The notes under the pieces were generated by a model, which saw nothing but the letters and a program-made list of their open reading frames with translations, ran no database searches and was not told the DNA's origin. Made by a program: the position numbers and the translations under genes. A DNA stretch of 64,000 bases from Camelus ferus (Eukaryota), in NCBI RefSeq assembly GCF_009834535.1, contig NC_045697.1:25732001-25796000 (forward strand), in the 5' to 3' direction. How positions within the stretch are numbered: the first letter of the stretch is position 1; every line of letters starts with the position of its first letter. Of the stretch, positions 11,771-23,216 are shown piece by piece.

Positions 11771-14249
11771 TAGGCTTTTCTAGAAGCCAATTTACCCAAG
11801 CAAAATGCCTCTCTTACAACATATTAAATCCCAATTGGTGGTTTATTATTTTATTTAATACTATGTTAGTGTCTATGAATATGTTCTAGATTACATCCAC
11901 AATCTATAAAATATACAGAGAATAATCAATTAATGAAGGAGCTTTCTAAATGCAATTATAACTACAAAAACACTAAAGATTTGGATTCTTGGTTACAGAC
12001 CATGAAGGCTCTCAATCATGAAGATATTGAGTGTTGTACTATCTAATACTGTTACATAAAAACATCCTTGGCCATAACCCAGTAAAAATCAGGATGGCTT
12101 TCTCTGATTTCTTCAGTCTTTACTGATATTTTTTCTGCTCTAAATTAGAAGTTGAGGCCTAATTTAACAGCCAATTAGATATGGTCTTATTTCTCACTTA
12201 TAATTTATAAGCATCCCGTTTCTCTGAGTATCAGACTTTAGGTATCTTGGGAGAAGATATCTCCATAAACTCTTTTTTTGAATCCTGGGGATTATTTAGC
12301 ACAGGTCCTTGCACATATTAGAGGCTGAGTAAATACTTATACTTTATCAGATTAACGATAGAAAATGTTTCTTTAACCATCTTTTTAAATTATCATAATC
12401 AGATGACAAAGTACGAGGTATTAAAGGCACACTCCTTGATTTCTAATTTTCTGTCATTCAGTCTGTAGCTGACTATACTTTGTAAATGTACATGGTCCAT
12501 TCTACGATAAAACATTTCATATAGAAAGTTCTATTAACATGGAATTATAACTTAATATAGACAAGTTTTCTCTCCTTGCATGAGAAATCTGTCTCAGAAT
12601 GAAAATGCACATAGGATACACTTGCAGAGAAAGTTCTTATTCATGACGTGGAGCAAATAGAGACAATGAGTTCTTATGGATGTTTGAAAGTGGCTATATT
12701 CAAAGAGAAGGATGCCAAGGGAAGTGAGTCTGCTTTTCCTTCACTGCTGATCACTAAACTGGATCAACTAGTTTGCTTGTTGTTGCAAGTTACGGAACAC
12801 ACAGATCAAACTGTTTTAAGAAATACACTGGGTCAGCTATATAGCTGAAAAATCCAGAAGAATTAGTTTCAAGTATGGCTTGTTTAGGGCTCCTGCTCCT
12901 TTCCCCTGTAATTCTGTAATTCTCTTTGTTCTGCTCCAAGTATAGAATTTATGTGCAAGTGGACTTCTGTCATTATAGCAAAGTTATTGTGCATTTTCAG
13001 GCAAGACCATCACAATGTCATCCTCATCAAATCTAATGAAGTTAAGCTGATTAAACTACCCGTCAACTTATTTCTGTGCATGAGGGAACGCCATGGGAGT
13101 GCTTCACTGGGGATGGAATTATCCATGATGAATGCGTACAAATTAAAAATCAGCCCTAAACTTGGGATCAATTCAACCCTAACCACAATTCATAAGAATG
13201 AATGTTGCAGAGAAAAATCACAATGATCTCTACAAAAAACAACACTCTGGTCATTTTCTTACACAGATCCTACATTTAGTTTCATTTAAGTTATTATTAA
13301 CCTCAACCCATAATCATATTTTGGATATTAAAAGTTAACTCAGAGGCATGATTCTACTGGACTTCAGGCTTCAGGATTTGAAAGTATAAGCTATTACTTT
13401 ACAATAATGATAATGTAGGAGACAATCTCTCTAATAACTGTGACTTCATCAATAAGGACACTTTTAAAATTCAATTTCATAAAAATATACCTGGCAAAAA
13501 ATTCATTAAATGAATATTTATTTTTGAATTAGTTAATAAATCTTTACATTTATGTAGTGACTCAAGATATGTTGCACCCATTTACACTTGAAGAAACTGT
13601 GGTTTAATGTGAATAAGTGACTTGCTGAAGTTCATACAACTAAGAGTGGGAGCAGAAGAGCACACGGATACTGTAAATCTAAGTCTCTTTCTAATCTATT
13701 ATATTGGATGTAAGAACATACATAAAAAGCAGGATCTAAAATATACACTTTAAAACATTTCAGGTTATAAAGATAGGGCAAGAATATAAAAGTAATAAAT
13801 GAAGAATGAAACACTTGTATATCACTGTTCATAGATTATATATTAAATTTCATTTTGTAGTTTTCCACTTAGGAGCAAGGAAATGAAGACATAAATATCA
13901 GCCCCTAAATTTAATAAAAGGCTGAAGAGTGAGGAAGAGAAAAAGGTTGAAAGAAGATACCTGTCTCCCTGTGTGATCAGGATTTTTTACGGGGGTGATT
14001 TGATCAGTTGCTCTCTCTGGTACAGGTACACACACAAGAAAAAAACTGTGTTTATATCAAAGCAAGAAAAGCATCCTTTTGAGAAACTTCTCCTATGTTT
14101 AAGAAATAGAGATATCTCAGTTCCCAGGAGATGGCTCAAGCTCTCTGTCCTTCCTACAGCACAAATTGCCACTTCCACAGCTTCCATTCTACCTGACTCT
14201 CTCTCACTGTCTCTATCAATTTCTCTCCCTCCAGTGACTCACTCCTAGA

Positions 14250-15692
14250 AACAAAAATGCTTTTCTTTTTCCTATCTTAGAATAAAAATTCACTTCACTC
14301 ATTTCTCCACTCCAGCTACTGACTCCTTTCTATGCTCTTTCCAATGTTTATATTTAGTCACTGTTTTTAAATTTTCTTTACCCATTTTGTCTTGAACCCT
14401 TGCATATAAACCATTGTCCCTAATTTTCCACTGAAACTGCAAAAATCAAGGTTAGCAATGGCTCTAACTTGCCAATTCAAATGGCCAATTTTCAGTTACA
14501 CTACTTGACCTGTCAGTAGCATTTGACTGAAAATTATTAAAGGGTAACCTCATTTAAAACAAAGGCAAAAAGGCCTGAAGGGGGAGGGCTAACTCACTGT
14601 CTTCCGCAGACCCCCAATAGGAAGATACCTTGCATCTCCAGCAGGAGGAAAGTTACTACCTTACTACTCCAGCAAGAGGAAGGAAGATTTTCCTCTGCCC
14701 CATTAACTGCCCCAGCCAATGAGAAATAATCATTCCTTAGCCAATGAGAAACTACCACTATCCTAAGTTCTCCCTTCCTCCAATGGACTTTCATTTAAAG
14801 AAGTCCCTCCCAACTCTTTCCTTTCTGTCTATAAAGTAACTCTCCTCTCCTTTGTTTGCCAGATTTGCCATAGCTCACATATCCCTAATTGAAGTTCTTT
14901 TGCTCTTCCTGAATGAACCGAGTTTACTGGTAAAGTAACTGGCTATTTTAAAGTAACTGGCTATGACAAAGTTCATTATTCATTTTTGAAACACATCCTT
15001 GGCTTCTTAGGCATCATTCTCTTTTGGCTTTCCTTCTTTCTTATGCTCTCCCCTTCTCATTATCCTTTGTTGGTGTTTCCTAATTGCCCCAATCACTATA
15101 GGTTGTTGTGAACTTGGGCCAACTCAGCAAACACTTCTGTTTTTTCCCACCTTTACTCTCTAGGTGATCTCACTGGCTTCTTGACTTTAAATATCATCTA
15201 TATGCTAATGACTTCAACATTTATATCCAGAGCCAGAGCCCAGTCCCTGAACTCCAAGCACATAAATCCAACTTCCAACATCAATCCGTAGATGTTCAAA
15301 TTCCTGATCTCCCCACCTACCACCAAACTTGCTCTTCCCACGGACTATCCCTAAGTCAGTAAATGAAAATTTTATTCTTTGATAATCCCATCCATCAGCC
15401 AACCATGTTAGCTCTTTATTTTAAATATAGCTACTAACTCTGTTTTAAATATTCCTTTAGCTCCGCAAAGTCTGTGCTCAAATGCCATGTTAAAGTGAAA
15501 CTTTCCTTGACATATTAGCAATTATTAGATCTGAAAAAAATTAAAAATTTACTTGTTTATTTGTTTGTTATTGAATCTTCTCAACTAGAATGTAAGCTCC
15601 AAGAGGGGAAAAAAATCCTGTTTTTCTTCTCTATCCTAGTGCCAGAATAACATCTGGCATAAGGTAGCTTGTCAATAAATATCTTCTGAATA
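14250..15692 (+). mobile_element. L2 LINE 3' fragment, interrupted by an LTR
   Basis: ttgacctgtcagtagcatttgac, gactttaaatatcatctatatgctaatgactt and the terminal tagaatgtaagctccaagaggg...caataaatatcttctgaa. Confidence 0.75.
14535..14968 (+). mobile_element. ERV1-class solo LTR inserted in L2
   Basis: Interrupts L2 homology; has tandem agccaatgagaaa CCAAT boxes and a TATA-like ctataaag; ends ..tgaca. Confidence 0.6.
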
Positions 15693-16730
15693 ACTATATC
15701 ATTATTTCTTTCTAATCCCATGTGGTACTAAGTCAGAAACTGCCTTAGAAGTTTTTGCATGTTTTTATTTTTGGAGATATGTTGTGGAAAGTTTCTTGTA
15801 GATTGCTGATTATGTAGCTCTATAGCTCAGGGCATAGGCAATGAAGAAAATAGGTGCTCAATTCATGTTTAGAGAATGTATGAGAAAAATGGAATTGATG
15901 AGGAAAGGAAGGATAGGAAGAAGTTATTTTGAATTAGAAAGTATGCCATTGCTTGTTGTTACTACAATATTAGAGTTATTTGTTGACACTGAATAACCTA
16001 ATTTACCCTGATTCATACATCACTTTAAAGTTTTCCTACACCTCTTACCCAAATGGTCAAGGTGATCACATTAGTACCCTACAGGTAGTGTGACTATATA
16101 TTTAACCAGGACACTTTTGAATCCTAAAACAGAGTGTTAAAATAATTAAAATTCTATGCTTTTTGAAATACTTATTTTTTGACTGAAAAATGTGTTGTAG
16201 TATATCAGTAAACTTATGTATACTTCTGCTTAAAAATTATTTTTAAAAATGTAATTATTTCCCAAAATTAAAATACGTTAGTGAATATTAAAACAAAAAT
16301 TTAAAATAAACTCTATAATAATATCTTTTACATTAAAATAAAAACAGATAATTATTCTTGGTAGATAATTGCATACTTTAATAAGCTTCTTAACTTTATC
16401 TCTCTAATATTGTATTTTTCAGAAGAATGTATTTTTTAATATAATCTTAATTTTTTTGGTTTTCATAAAATTACCTGGAATCTATTTCACAGTTGAAACA
16501 AATGCATATAAATTTTGAAATAGTTATCCTTTTCAGTTGAGTTTTGTGTTAGTTCAGGTCCTCCTGGAATAAGATGCCAAGAAGAATTTACGTGTGCAGC
16601 ATACTTACAGAGGATAAAGGGGACAAAGACCAAGAGTAGGCAGGGAGAGTCTCTAGACCAAGATGCGGGTCTGACACCTGTGAAAGGAGTGATCAAAAGA
16701 AAGAGCACAGTGCTGATAAAGTCTAGGCGA

Positions 16731-17084
16731 TCGCTCACATGTGGAATCTAAAAAACAAAAACAAAAACAAACAAACAAACAAAAACAAAGCGTAAATACA
16801 GAACAGAAATAGACTCACAGACAGAGAATACAGACTTGTGGTTACCAGGGGGGTGGAGGGTGGGAAGGGATAGACTGGGATTTCAAAACTGTAGAATAGA
16901 TAAACAAGATTACACTGTATATCACAGGGAAATATACACAAAATGTTATGATAACTCACAGAGAAAAAAATGTGAAAATGAGTGTGTATATGTCCATGAA
17001 TGACTGAAAAACTGTGCTGAACACTGGAATTTGACACAACATTGTAAAATGATTATAAATCAATAAAAAATCTTAAAAAAAAAA
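16731..17084 (+). mobile_element. young LINE-1 3' end
   Basis: L1 3'UTR, aataaa, poly-A; perfect 13-bp TSD aaagtctaggcga at 16718-16730 and 17085-17097. Confidence 0.95.
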
Positions 17085-17181
17085 AAAGTCTAGGCGAGGC
17101 TTCTGGGGAGTCTCCAAGCAAAGATTGCATTGGGTAGGAAGGACCAGGTATGTACCCCAACCAGGCTCAGTTATTGGCTGG

Positions 17182-17570
17182 TGTCTTAGTCTGCTCAGGC
17201 AGCTATAATAATACAGACTAGGTGGCTTAAACAATGGACATTTTTTTTTTTTTTCACAAAATTCTGGAACCTGGGAAGTCCCAGAGCAATGTGCAGGCCA
17301 ATTTGATTTCAAGTAAGAGTTCTCTTCCTGGCTTGCAGACAGCCGCCATCTTGCTGCTTCCTCACATGGCAGAGGAAGATGGAAAGACCAAGCTCTCTGG
17401 TATCTCTTCTAATAAGGACACTAATCCTATTGGACCAGGGCCCCACTCTTGTGACCTCATTTACCTTAATTATCTCCTGAAAGGCCCCATCTCAAAGTAC
17501 AGTCACATGGTGGGAAAGTGGTTTAGGGCTTCAACATAGGAACTGAAGGAGCGTAATTCAATCCATTGCA
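17182..17570 (-). mobile_element. MLT1A-like MaLR solo LTR
   Basis: tgtcttagtctgctcagg...ggtggcttaaacaa...cttcctggcttgcagacagccgcc...ttcaatccattgca; 5-bp TSD gctgg on both sides. Confidence 0.9.
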
Positions 17571-18255
17571 GCTGGGTTGATCTCAGAGGGAACAGGCCTC
17601 AGAATGATCGCCACACCAGATCCCTGGGTGTGGCCCTGGAGGCTGTGGGACAAATATTCTCCCATAGCAGTTTCCCTTGAAGGAAGACATGAGCAGCCAC
17701 AACTCTTCCCTCTGTAAGTACTGAAGCACCTGCCCCTAGAGAGCCAATGTGTTCAATGGAAAACATTCTAAAAGCAACTTTTATAATAAAGAGTATAAAT
17801 ATTTTACTCCCCAAATACTGACAGTTAAGTTTATTTGGCTGTATTAAGAATACCTTTCTTTGACAAATCTATTTTACAAGATAAACTCATCAAATAAATC
17901 ATATTTTATCAAAATTGGATCCACTAAATCATAGGCTTTTTTACTTTTCTTCCATAATGACACAGAATAGAATCTGACATGTGAGAATGGACTTCGGACA
18001 GGCTGAACCCTGGATCTGCTAAGGGACAATTTAGAGAAATTGAATTTCACCTCACTTAATCTTGCAGTAAGGAAAGTGAAGGGTTTCTTGCAACAATTAT
18101 TTTCCCCTGAAGAGTAAGCACACATGAACCTATTGTCATGGAATGGTCAGGAGTCAGAGAACTGTTAAAAAGAGTTTAAAAAAAACACAACACCGTAAGA
18201 ATAAATACCCAAGGGAGTCTTCGACACCCTCTCCCCTGGGTAAGAGGGATTATCC

Positions 18256-18762
18256 TGTTGACTGAAATAACATCACACGATGTGACAGTTGTGGGTTAAG
18301 TTCCACTCGAGGCAAAGTGAGGACTGTGGCCTGGGAGACAGCATCTCAGAAAGCTCTGAGGAACTACTCTGAAAAGGCAGGGGGCAACTCAGTATTATAT
18401 ATGATGTCAGTGAAGTGGGGATGTGCAGTCAAGCACATGTTTAGGCAGAGGCTTGTCGCCAGTCACGAGGAGCAGATGTCACCGTTAACGATATTAGTGC
18501 TTTTCTAGATCTGAGGAGATGCAAGAATTTGAGCTCATAAAATCCTCTCCTGAAAATATCCAGCTGTCTGAAGGCCTGTTCCAGCAGTATTCCCAGAGCA
18601 CTGAGCGCCTCGTTCCTGGTCTCCACCCTGAACTCCTCTCAGAGTGTTGGAGGTGAGCAACTGCAGCGGCTCTTGATTTCATCGAAGCAGCGTTAGATGG
18701 CAAGTGTGAATGTGATCCAGTCCTTGTAGAGGCAGATGGCAAGTGCCGATTTTCAGTCAGCA
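18256..18762 (-). mobile_element. ERV1 solo LTR, MER41-related (artiodactyl type)
   Basis: Terminal inverted repeats tgttgactgaaa / tttcagtcagca (11/12); 4-bp flanks atcc/accc; gggagacagcatctcagaaagctctgag and gcttttctagatctgaggagatgcaagaa motifs. Confidence 0.7.
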
Positions 18763-19189
18763 ACCCACAACTGCTTACATCTGTTGGAAACTCTGGGAAA
18801 TTGATATTTTCTGAGAGTATTCTGTGTTACCACCTACACTACTAACCATATCCGTAAATTTCTGTAACCTTCTGAGAAAATCTCTCTCACTGTGACTGCA
18901 GGACTCCACCACGCCATTACCAGCCCACCATAACAACTGGAAATGAGAAAAAGAAGCTCACATTTCTTCCCTTTATCTTCCAAAATGTATTTAATTTGCT
19001 GTTTAGAAAACAAATACACTAAAACATAAGATTAAAACTGAAATGTTTAAATAAGGAAAACTTTTAAAAGATTTTCAAAAAAAGTATTATCATTATATGA
19101 TTGAGAAGTGATATGAAACATATAGAATTCTTCCTGGAAGCAGAAACCTCAAATTTGACTCTGAGTCATCAAGCAGCAGTTCAAAAAGA

Positions 19190-19745
19190 TATCACGACAA
19201 AAGTGACACAGGGCAAAGCTGAGCAGGCAAGGAAGACTTGATTCAACTTATTGCAGTGGGGGAGACAGACTGAACTCAACTCTGCTCAAACAAAAGGTGG
19301 GATCGTTTTTAAGGGCTGAAATGATCTACTGGAAGGTACCAGAGAACATTAGGGGACAGGATGATCAATGGAATGTGTGGAGCACACTGAGTTATTCCTG
19401 ACTCTGCAAATGTTCTTCTCTGGGATTAGGCCATCTGTGTTTGCTAATTGGCATAGGAATTAGGCTCCTCATCTCCTACGGAGACCTGAGGATAGAGATC
19501 CTATCTCCTTCTATGTTTACATTTTAAAGGGATGATTCCCAGGTCCTTGAGAAAAGACATTTTCTGGGTTGTAAAGCTGGCAGGAAGCCGGGAAAAAAGT
19601 CACATACATTTCAAAGGGACATAGGAAGAATTTACAAGTTTTCTAAAGTAAATACTCCAAGAAAAAGGTCAGGGGCCTAGAGTCAGGAAAGACTCTGAAG
19701 TTTTCATAGGCTGAGGGGGACATTCAGGTCCTTTTAAGGGGTCAG
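19190..19745 (-). mobile_element. MER31/MER67-like ERV1 LTR
   Basis: acaagttttctaaagtaaatactccaagaaaaaggtcaggggcctagagtcaggaa is the reverse of the MER31-group 5' end. Confidence 0.7.
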
Positions 19746-20508
19746 AAGGTAGGATGTTTCATTACGTTGTTCACTGAACTCATACTGTTAAAAAAAAAAA
19801 AAAAAGGGTTACCCCCACAGAAGAACATTAATTTGTAAAAATGAAATAGAATTAGGGATAAACTCCTGCCATGATGCCTTATACATAAAAAAAATTGTAA
19901 AGAAATAAAGAGGATTCACAACATATTTATAGTAATGATCACCACATTTGCGCAGGGATTTTTCTTCAGTGTAGGTGAAAGAAATAAGGCCAACATACAA
20001 GTTATTAATTAAACTTGAGAAGGAGGGGGCATAGGTATTGACACAGAGTTTAGATTTTTTAGGTGACCTGCTCTAATCAGAGAACAGACTAAAAAAGCGA
20101 ATAGACTGCCTGTCACAGAGTCAACCTCTGTGTTTCCTGAGGAATTTAGATGCAGGAGGGTTTGTAGTTGTGCTTGACGACTCCCTATTAATGACTGCTA
20201 CTTCCAGCTGCCTGAGGAGGGAGAAACAGGATTAACACCTCCTTTTGATACTGAGAACTTCCAAAATGCACACAGCCACAAAGAATTCTATTTCATCACT
20301 GCATGGAAGTAGCACGCATATGCAGCGTCTGCTCTGCACCAAGGGTATCCTGCAGACATCGTCTCGTTTATTTTGCACAAAAAAACCTTCTGACGTGTAT
20401 TTAATTTCTATAAACATTTTAAATGCTTTTCAATTTCAATACTTTCAGTACTTTCTTTTAGATATCCAAAAGGCCTGGCAAGGTTAAGTCACTTGGCTTA
20501 TTTGTATA

Positions 20509-20740
20509 GAGTTAACCCTTGAACAACATGGGGGTTTGAGGTACCAACTCCCCGACCCCATACATGGTAGAAAACCCATGTATAACTTTATAGACCGCAC
20601 ATACTCTGTATCCATGGTTCTGCATCAGCAGACTTAACCAGCCGTGGATCGTGTGGTATGGTATTACATACTTATTGAAAAAAAATCCACGTATAAATGG
20701 CCCTGCACAGTTCAAACTCCTATTGTTCTAGGGTTGACTG
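20509..20740 (-). mobile_element. Tigger2-derived MITE (MER8-like) inserted in a MIR
   Basis: TIRs gagttaacccttgaacaa / ttgttctagggttgactg with TA on both flanks; MIR-like aggttaagtcacttg on the left and atttgaacccagatctg on the right. Confidence 0.85.
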
Positions 20741-20878
20741 TATTATTTTGCCATCAGTGAATTTGAACCCAGATCTGTCAGAATCTAAATCTGCTTGATT
20801 CTTTTCACTATACTAGGTTAACTCTCCAGTGATATAGGGGTCCTAAAATCATGCACTTTTAGAGGAAGGCAGAGAATA

Positions 20879-21024
20879 CAGTTGACCTCTGTATCTGCAC
20901 ATGCAGAACCTATAGATTCAAAGAGCTGACTACACAATTTACACAAAGGAATTGAGCATCTGTGAATTTTGGTATCTGTAGGGTGTCCTGGAACAAATCC
21001 CCCATGGATGTCAAGGGACAACTG
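20879..21024 (-). mobile_element. MER2-type Tigger MITE, internally deleted
   Basis: TIRs cagttgacctctgtatc / gatgtcaagggacaactg; ttgagcatctgtgaattttggtatc...cctggaacaaatccccc. Confidence 0.8.
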
Positions 21025-21349
21025 TGTAAATATGCAATGTTGGCCTCATATAAGATAGAGGCAGGACTATAAGAAATATGTATTTTTTCTTCTCACTCAA
21101 CAATAAGAAAAACAATAGCACAAATGCCCTGCTAAATAACAACTGAGGTTGGGCCTCTGTGTTGGGATGTGATAGGGAATGGTGGGGACTGTGGTGCAGT
21201 ACAGTGAAGGTGATCTTAACCCAGCCAGTAATCACACTGTCTGCAAAAAGATCCACTGATATAAAATACTTTGGTATTTTTTTCAAAGGAAGTCAATTAT
21301 TCACATGTAAGATGAAATTTCCCAGTTCTAATTAAGAATAAAATGTAAA

Positions 21350-21434
21350 TATTGTGCAAGCCAACCTTGTATGAGTCAAACAAAATACATCTATGAACCA
21401 TCTGGGGCCCTCCCGCTGCCAGTTTGCAACCTCT
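21350..21434. mobile_element. hAT-Charlie MITE end (MER58/MER102-like)
   Basis: caaacaaaatacatct...ggccctcccgctgccagtttgcaacctctg. Confidence 0.5.
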
Positions 21435-23043
21435 GATAGAAAAACACACTCAGTATTGCACTTGGATTTCTTAAGGGCAAACAGTACAGGAAGCCAAGAG
21501 AGGCAAGAATGGGATAAATCAGTAAAATGTTTCAAAATTATCACTCTTCTTCTTCCTCTTCCAGTTATTCGACAGGCAGGGTCTAAAGCATTAAGGTTAA
21601 TATCGTTTAAAAAGGAAGATAAACCCTGTTCAAAAGACTGCTTAATAAGTCAAGAATATTTATGTCCTACTCAGACACATTTTAAAAATGTGTCCTCTAC
21701 TCTAGAAAGTAAAGCTAAACAAAGAAATTGTGTTGCAGTAAGATCATCCTATGTTATGAAACGTTTTAGCAGTTTTATTTTAAATGTAGTAAAATCATAG
21801 AAATGGTCTATATAACCTGATAATTCCAAGTGGGCTTTAGAAGAGATAGGTATCTTTCTCAGGCCGATTGTAATAGATAAATTTATGTATGCAGATGTAA
21901 AGTAACTAAATATAAACACCAACATACACTGTAAGGTCTCCTTCCAGTGAATTCCAAGCATTTATTTGCTGTCATATTCCTATGGTAATAAAAATGAGCT
22001 ACTTTTGACATTATAGTACATTCCATTTGGGGCATGACTTATTGCCACTACTAGCTTGAGTCTCCATGATAGTAATGACAATTCAATCCAAATCTGCCTG
22101 CTGCCAACACTAATTCAACTACATGATGCTACCTCATTCTTTTGCATCTCTTATAAATCGACATCTGACACATAGTAGATAATCAAGATCAAGTGACTAA
22201 ATAAATACATACATAGTAACATAAGAGTTTGTCTCCGTGTGGAAGAAGTGGGAGGTTTTTATCAATGGGAGAGGCACCACAGTAAACTGGAGTGCATATA
22301 GACTTGTAGCTAGATTTCTAAAATTTTAAATTTATGAACAACTATGATTATCTATGAACTAAATGAAGGCAGGCGATTTTTTTATCTTCCATTGGTAACC
22401 CCTTAAGATTGTGATGAGACCTGTGGAGAATGTCACATTTCAGTATGCTAGTTTTCTTTGCCCCTTCTTCTGTGTTGATCTTTTTTATTCCCGATTGCAG
22501 GTTATTTATTATTAAGCAATGCATATAGTATTATTTATGAGCTCATAGCCTGAATTACTGCTGATCCTGGTAAAGTGCTCATCTCCGCTGGCTATTAACT
22601 GGAAACATGTGGCATCACTAGGGCTAAAATGGAATGTGCAAATCTTAAGCACCAAACCACTCCAGGCCCACAATGCTGTCCCTTATAATGTTCTTCCTTT
22701 GATCAAATTTATAATGCAAGCATGAAGGCTTCAGATTCAGAATTCCACATAGCATCTGTAGAATTCAGATCTGTATATGCAGTACTAAGTCCAGAAAATA
22801 AAACAAGCCAAGAGACATTTACATCTCCAGAAGGCAATCCATCATAGAAATGGATAGAGAACTAAAGTGAGATTTCTCAACTTTTAAAAGTTTATATAGT
22901 AACAATTCTCTGACCTCTGAAGCCCTAGGACCCCCGTGATGAGTAAACAATCATCCTGCAAGTGTTACAAATCAATGGAACTTCTTCCCATGGAACTGGA
23001 ACCTGACCTGGTTCCTTGTGGTGCACAGTACATGTGATGGATG

Positions 23044-23045
23044 GA

Positions 23046-23093
<48 letters not shown>

Positions 23094-23116
23094 AACAAAC
23101 AAACAAACAAAGAAAC

Positions 23117-23209
<93 letters not shown>

Positions 23210-23216
23210 AGGAAGG
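23044..23216 (+). repeat. compound tetranucleotide microsatellite (GAAA)13(CAAA)4(GAAACAAA)2(GAAAGAAACAAA)2(GAAA)14
   Basis: Read directly from the sequence. Confidence 0.97.

Larger units (their letters stand above)
16545..17720 (-). mobile_element. LTR16-family ERVL solo LTR hosting two younger insertions
   Basis: tgtgttagttcaggtcctcc start; agaccaagatgcgggtctgacacctgtgaaagg and ctcagttattggctgg motifs continue across the inserts. Confidence 0.65.

Noticed and set aside
21393..21800. 135-aa ORF and a polypyrimidine/CAG acceptor near 21564
   Set aside because: Starts in a hAT MITE, has no recognisable domain, and only a weak downstream donor (gttaat)
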